33,944 nucleotides of DNA from a virus. The stretch spans positions 1-33,944 of IMG/VR virus record IMGVR_UViG_3300045988_039608; one strand, written 5' to 3'. A model generated the notes under the pieces. The model was not told the origin of the DNA, made no database searches, and was given only the letters and a program-made list of their open reading frames with translations. Of the stretch, positions 30,470 through 33,944 are shown in pieces. The translations under genes were made by a program, and so were the position numbers. Positions within the stretch are counted from its first letter, which is position 1; each line of letters starts with the position of its first letter.

Positions 30470-31267
30470 ATGAGGAAGCGTAAGAAGGTCATATCTAAAA
30501 ATATGATAGAGGTACTTGATTATCACACATCAAGAACCTATAGGAAGAATGGCAAGCGTGTAAAAAAGAAAAACATCACACCAGAAGCCGTGAAAAAGCA
30601 AAATGAAAAACAAGCGGAAGCAATGCTGCGTATGTTGATTGATAATAACTTCACTACAAATGATTGTTATCTCACATTAACTTACAAAGAACAGCCTGCA
30701 ACATGGGAAGATGCAAAGAAAGATATTCAGAATTTTATAAGACGGCTTAAACGTAGATATAAAAAACTGGATAAAGAATTGAAATACATTTACATAGCGG
30801 AGGGAAAAACAAGAATACATTTCCACATGATCATCAACAATGCAGAACTATATTCGGATGAACTGAATGAACTTTGGCCACATGGGATGCATAAGCTGAT
30901 GTTGTATCAAGGAAGATCAGAAGATGCAGTGAGATTAGCAAGTTACTTTGTAAAAGAAAAAAGAAGTGCATGCTATTCAGACAAAGAAGATGCATTTAAG
31001 CGCAGGTGGAATAGTAGCAAAAACTTAGAAAAGCCAAAAGTAAAAACAGAAATATTGAAGCCGAGCGAATGGAGAGATTACATCCAACCGCCAAAAGGCT
31101 ATTACGTGGAAACCGATAGTGTAGTTGAAGCTGTATCTGATGAAGGTTATCCTTACAGATTTTACAGACTAATAAGAATTGAGGAGGTAAAACATGGCAC
31201 TACTAGGAATAGGCATTGTGATAGGAGCAATGCTAGGAGTATCAATAATGGCATTATGCGTAATTAG
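30470..31267 (+). CDS. HUH-superfamily rolling-circle replication initiator (Rep)
   Basis: Motif 1 CYLTLTY, motif 2 RIHFHMII (HUH) and motif 3 ASYFVKEK (catalytic Tyr context). Confidence 0.7.
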   Translation: MRKRKKVISKNMIEVLDYHTSRTYRKNGKRVKKKNITPEAVKKQNEKQAEAMLRMLIDNNFTTNDCYLTLTYKEQPATWEDAKKDIQNFIRRLKRRYKKLDKELKYIYIAEGKTRIHFHMIINNAELYSDELNELWPHGMHKLMLYQGRSEDAVRLASYFVKEKRSACYSDKEDAFKRRWNSSKNLEKPKVKTEILKPSEWRDYIQPPKGYYVETDSVVEAVSDEGYPYRFYRLIRIEEVKHGTTRNRHCDRSNARSINNGIMRN

Positions 31268-31316
31268 TAAAGAATGTGAGAAATGGGAGGATGAAGTAAA
31301 TGATAAACGTAAATGA
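31194..31316 (+). CDS. 40-aa single-TM mini-protein overlapping the rep 3' end and the ssb start (not in the ORF track)
   Basis: GAGGAGG RBS lies 5 nt upstream. It encodes MALLGIGIVIGAMLGVSIMALCVISKECEKWEDEVNDKRK. Confidence 0.4.
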   Translation: MALLGIGIVIGAMLGVSIMALCVISKECEKWEDEVNDKRK

Positions 31317-31671
31317 AGTATTTTTGAGCGGTAACGTAGTAGCAGATGCAGAACTACGATACACAAAAACAGGGAAGCCAGTACTCACATTTAGAATGGC
31401 AACCAACAAATATGTGAATGAGCAACAAAGTACACAATATCACAACATTGTATGCTGGGTTGATGCGGAAAAATACAGTGGATTAAAGAAAGGTGATTTT
31501 GTATCAGTAAATGGAGAATTAAGGACTAGATCATATGAAAAAGACGGAAGTAAAAGATACATCACAGAGATTGTGGCCAAAGTCCTTACATATGGGTTGA
31601 AAGAAAATGAAAGTAACACAAGCAATTTTGAAAATGGGTTTGTAGACGATGATGAACCTATTCCATTCTAG
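31300..31671 (+). CDS. ssb: Single-stranded DNA-binding protein
   Basis: OB-fold N-terminus VFLSGNVVADAELRYTKTGKPVLTFRMA and acidic tip DDDEPIPF. Confidence 0.9.
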   Translation: MINVNEVFLSGNVVADAELRYTKTGKPVLTFRMATNKYVNEQQSTQYHNIVCWVDAEKYSGLKKGDFVSVNGELRTRSYEKDGSKRYITEIVAKVLTYGLKENESNTSNFENGFVDDDEPIPF

Positions 31672-31681
31672 GAGGAAATAA

Positions 31682-31888
31682 ATGCGAAGAGGTAGACCAA
31701 GAAAGATATGTAGCCACTCATTTAGACCAGCAAAAAGCGGTGCATTATGGGTAAAAGCATCATGTCCAAAAGGAAAAACATCAATTAAAGTATTCAAAGG
31801 CAAGACAGCAGGCACTTTACATTGGCTGAAAAAAGAAGAATGTGAAGATTGTCCTGCATATAGTCCAACAAAGGTTTATGCAAAATAG
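31682..31888 (+). CDS. Small basic Cys-containing protein with an N-terminal RGRP (AT-hook-like) motif
   Basis: MRRGRPRK..., 68 aa, RBS AGGAGG. Confidence 0.45.
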   Translation: MRRGRPRKICSHSFRPAKSGALWVKASCPKGKTSIKVFKGKTAGTLHWLKKEECEDCPAYSPTKVYAK

Positions 31889-31899
31889 GAGGAAACAGC

Positions 31900-32193
31900 A
31901 TGCAAAACACAAGCATGGCAGGTGTACCGATGAATTGCATAAATTGGTTAGCACTAGGTGCAGTAGTATACGGTGCAATGGAAAAGAAAAAAGCATTAAG
32001 AGTATTAGGCCTAAAAGAGCAATATAAAACGATTGGCGAAATTAAATACGATGAAGTAATGGCATTAGTTAATAAAGGGGTAAGTTACAAAGAAATAGCA
32101 GATGAAATGGGAGTAAGTTTAACATCATTTAAAAATAGATGTAAAGAACTAGGAGTAAAGTCTAAAAGGGGCAGAAAACGCAACAAGAATTGA
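31900..32193 (+). CDS. Hypothetical protein with a C-terminal HTH
   Basis: VSYKEIADEMGVSLTSFKNRCKELG is an HTH, followed by a basic tail. Confidence 0.5.
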   Translation: MQNTSMAGVPMNCINWLALGAVVYGAMEKKKALRVLGLKEQYKTIGEIKYDEVMALVNKGVSYKEIADEMGVSLTSFKNRCKELGVKSKRGRKRNKN

Positions 32194-32217
32194 TGCGGAA
32201 AAACTAGGGGGCAGACT

Positions 32218-32991
32218 ATGAACCATGTAACAACACTATTTAACAGTAATGAGTTTGGGGAACTAAGAACAATCATTATTGAAAATGAAGTGTACTTTGT
32301 GGCCAAGAGCGTAGCAACTGCACTTGGCTATAAAGATACTGCAGATGCAATAAGAAAACATATTGATGAAGAAGATAAGCTGCGTTGGCAAATTGCCGAT
32401 ACAGGTCAGAAGAGGGACACGTATTTAATCAATGAGTCTGGACTATATTCCTTGATACTGAAATCAAAGATGCCAAGCGCTAAGAAATTCAAACGATGGG
32501 TAACTAGCGAAGTACTTCCACAAATTAGAAAAACTGGTAGTTATGATCTACACATTCCAAAGACACTACCAGAAGCATTGAGATTGTATGCAGACGAAGT
32601 AGAAGCACATAACCAATCAAAGGCAATCATTGAGCAACAGAAACAACAGATTGCGGAGTATGAACCAAAGGTTGATTACGTAGATAAAATCTTGAGTTCT
32701 ACAAATGCAATGACTGTAACGCAGATTGCTGCGGATTATGGTCTTAGTGCTAAAGCATTAAATAAGATACTTCATGATGCTCATATTCAACGTAGCGTAA
32801 ATGGTCAATGGATTTTGTACAGTGACTTAATGCGTAAGGGATATACAAAGACTAAGACACACACATACATGACTACAGACGGTAGATTGGAGTGTAAAGC
32901 ATCTACACGTTGGACACAAAAGGGAAGATTGATGATACACGAGTTACTAAAGAAGTTGGGCATCAATGCAGTGTGTGAGGAGGTAGCATGA
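32218..32991 (+). CDS. Antirepressor, Bro-N plus KilA-C domain architecture
   Basis: N-terminal FGELRTIIIENEVYFVAKSVATALGYKDTADAIRKHIDEEDK (Bro-N). C-terminal MTVTQIAADYGLSAKALNKILHD (KilAC-like). Confidence 0.75.
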   Translation: MNHVTTLFNSNEFGELRTIIIENEVYFVAKSVATALGYKDTADAIRKHIDEEDKLRWQIADTGQKRDTYLINESGLYSLILKSKMPSAKKFKRWVTSEVLPQIRKTGSYDLHIPKTLPEALRLYADEVEAHNQSKAIIEQQKQQIAEYEPKVDYVDKILSSTNAMTVTQIAADYGLSAKALNKILHDAHIQRSVNGQWILYSDLMRKGYTKTKTHTYMTTDGRLECKASTRWTQKGRLMIHELLKKLGINAVCEEVA

Positions 32992-33395
32992 AGCCATTAA
33001 TATATAAAGGCCTAAGAAAGAATGTAAACAGGTCCGAATGGGTTAGTAGTGATGAAATAAAGCAAAGCTACACACAAATTAGATTATTAGCAGTAGAAAA
33101 TGATACATATGCATGGGTACCAATAGAGGACGGAACACTATGTAGAGGAAGCGAAGCAAAAGACAATACAGGGCAAAGGATATACGAAAAGGACCATATA
33201 GAGTTTGATTGTAAATCAGTACAAGATACTCCATTGGTAGCGGAAGTATATTACAGTACAGATAAATTTCAATGGCGATGCAAAGCAATCAACCAACAAA
33301 CTGATGCGGTCCTAGATTTTGACTTAGCCTTTGTGGTGAATAATGGGAAAGTAAAAGTAATAGGCAATAGATTAGAGGGATATGAGCATGAATGA
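32988..33395 (+). CDS. YopX-family protein
   Basis: DNTGQRIYEKDHIEF ... KVKVIGNRLEG matches the YopX pattern (GkeIYEGD ... VIGNi). Confidence 0.6.
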   Translation: MKPLIYKGLRKNVNRSEWVSSDEIKQSYTQIRLLAVENDTYAWVPIEDGTLCRGSEAKDNTGQRIYEKDHIEFDCKSVQDTPLVAEVYYSTDKFQWRCKAINQQTDAVLDFDLAFVVNNGKVKVIGNRLEGYEHE

Positions 33396-33612
33396 TAGAT
33401 TTAGAAATTTAAAGAAAGCACATGATCATATTGTAAAAGGGCGCTCAAAAGAAGTTATAAAGGTATTCATTCCGCATTGGGGTTATGTATTTGTATCATC
33501 TGATGCATTGATAAAAGCAAGAATACGAAGAGACGAACTAAAGGGGAACAAAGTATTTAATCAATGGGCAAGGAGTTATTATGAAACCACCATGCAGGGA
33601 GTGCAAATTTAG
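33382..33612 (+). CDS. Hypothetical early protein (alternative start ATG 33388)
   Basis: 76-aa ORF in the tightly packed early operon. Confidence 0.45.
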   Translation: MSMNDRFRNLKKAHDHIVKGRSKEVIKVFIPHWGYVFVSSDALIKARIRRDELKGNKVFNQWARSYYETTMQGVQI

Positions 33613-33790
33613 AGAAGTAGGTTGCCATTCTAAATGTGAAAGTTACATTCAATGGAGAGCGCAGCTAGATAAATATAATGAGCAGAAGAACATGCAAGGA
33701 GATGCCTACAAATATATTGGGGATAACGTAAGAACTATTAGACACAGAATGAGAAAGCTAAAAGGATATAGCTGTACTGTAAGAGATTAA
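33581..33790 (+). CDS. Small Cys-rich protein
   Basis: PCRECKFREVGCHSKCESY. RBS AAGGAG. Confidence 0.5.
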   Translation: MKPPCRECKFREVGCHSKCESYIQWRAQLDKYNEQKNMQGDAYKYIGDNVRTIRHRMRKLKGYSCTVRD

Positions 33791-33801
33791 AGAGAACTCA
33801 A

Positions 33802-33944
33802 ATGAAGAATAAAAAGATTTTAGATGCATGCTGCGGTTCAAGGATGTTCTGGTTTAACAAAGAAAATACAAATACTGTTTACATGGATAATAGGACGGAA
33901 GAGGCAACGCTTTGTGACGGTAGAAAATTAATTGTTAAACCAGA
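33802..33944 (+). CDS. SAM-dependent DNA methyltransferase, N-terminal part (continues at 1..383 across the circular junction; about 156 aa in total)
   Basis: ATG at 33802. Translation is MKNKKILDACCGSRMFWFNKENTNTVYMDNRTEEATLCDGRKLIVKPD..., with LDACCGS as a SAM-binding motif-I-like loop. The frame is continuous with ORF 60..383 once the 33889-bp offset is applied. Confidence 0.8.
   Translation, partial: MKNKKILDACCGSRMFWFNKENTNTVYMDNRTEEATLCDGRKLIVKP
33890..33944. repeat. Terminal overlap copy 2 (identical to 1-55)
   Basis: Same 55-mer as bases 1-55. Confidence 0.95.

Larger units (their letters stand above)
1..33944. mobile_element. Complete temperate contractile-tailed phage (prophage-type) genome on a circularly closed contig; unit length 33889 bp
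   Basis: Full set of packaging, head, tail, lysis, integration, immunity and replication modules. The two window ends are identical over 55 bp and a gene reads through the junction in frame. Confidence 0.9.

Noticed and set aside
31531-32027. ORFs 31531..31815 (-), 31440..31625 (-) and 31842..32027 (+)
   Set aside because: They overlap ssb and neighbouring genes that have RBSs, are out of frame or antisense, and have no translation signals of their own.

Overview
The window is a complete, circularly closed genome of a temperate phage with a contractile tail. Bases 1-55 are identical to 33890-33944, so the unit length is 33,889 bp, and a methyltransferase gene reads in frame across the junction. 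The sequence is AT-rich and uses GGAGG-type ribosome-binding sites (Firmicutes-like).

Almost all genes are on the + strand. In order they are:
- Early and anti-restriction genes: two DNA methyltransferases, small Zn-ribbon proteins, a deoxyribosyltransferase-fold protein and a sigma-like late regulator.
- An HNH / cos / TerS / TerL packaging module.
- An HK97-type head module: portal, protease and capsid.
- Head-tail joining genes.
- A PBSX/Xkd-like contractile tail: sheath, tube, a chaperone with a textbook A_AAA_AAG -1 frameshift, tape measure, baseplate, fibre and a collagen-like fibre.
- A lysis cassette.
- An accessory 'moron' region (24.6-26.1 kb).
- An attP-like repeat region.
- A minus-strand lysogeny block: integrase, an unknown ORF, an ImmA-like protease and an XRE repressor.
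- A divergent genetic switch.
- An early replication block: Cro-like, Xis-like, an HUH rolling-circle Rep with an upstream ori-like region, SSB, a Bro-N/KilAC antirepressor and YopX.

No tRNA, rRNA or CRISPR array was seen.

The most interesting signals are:
1. A moron operon encoding an HTH protein, a Panacea/DUF4065 antitoxin-domain protein and a translationally coupled 150-aa protein of unrecognised family. This is a candidate new toxin-antitoxin or defence pair.
2. Just upstream, a type-I-TA-like locus: a 30-aa hydrophobic peptide with a convergent antisense promoter.
3. Two almost fully overlapping + strand ORFs after the endolysin, both with membrane-targeting N-termini and coiled coils (spanin-like dual coding).
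4. A G8 homopolymer that splits a minimal C5-methyltransferase-like gene.
5. An SD-mimic / anti-SD / SD triad with a possible small antisense RNA upstream of int.

All family names come from motif recognition by eye. No database search was run.
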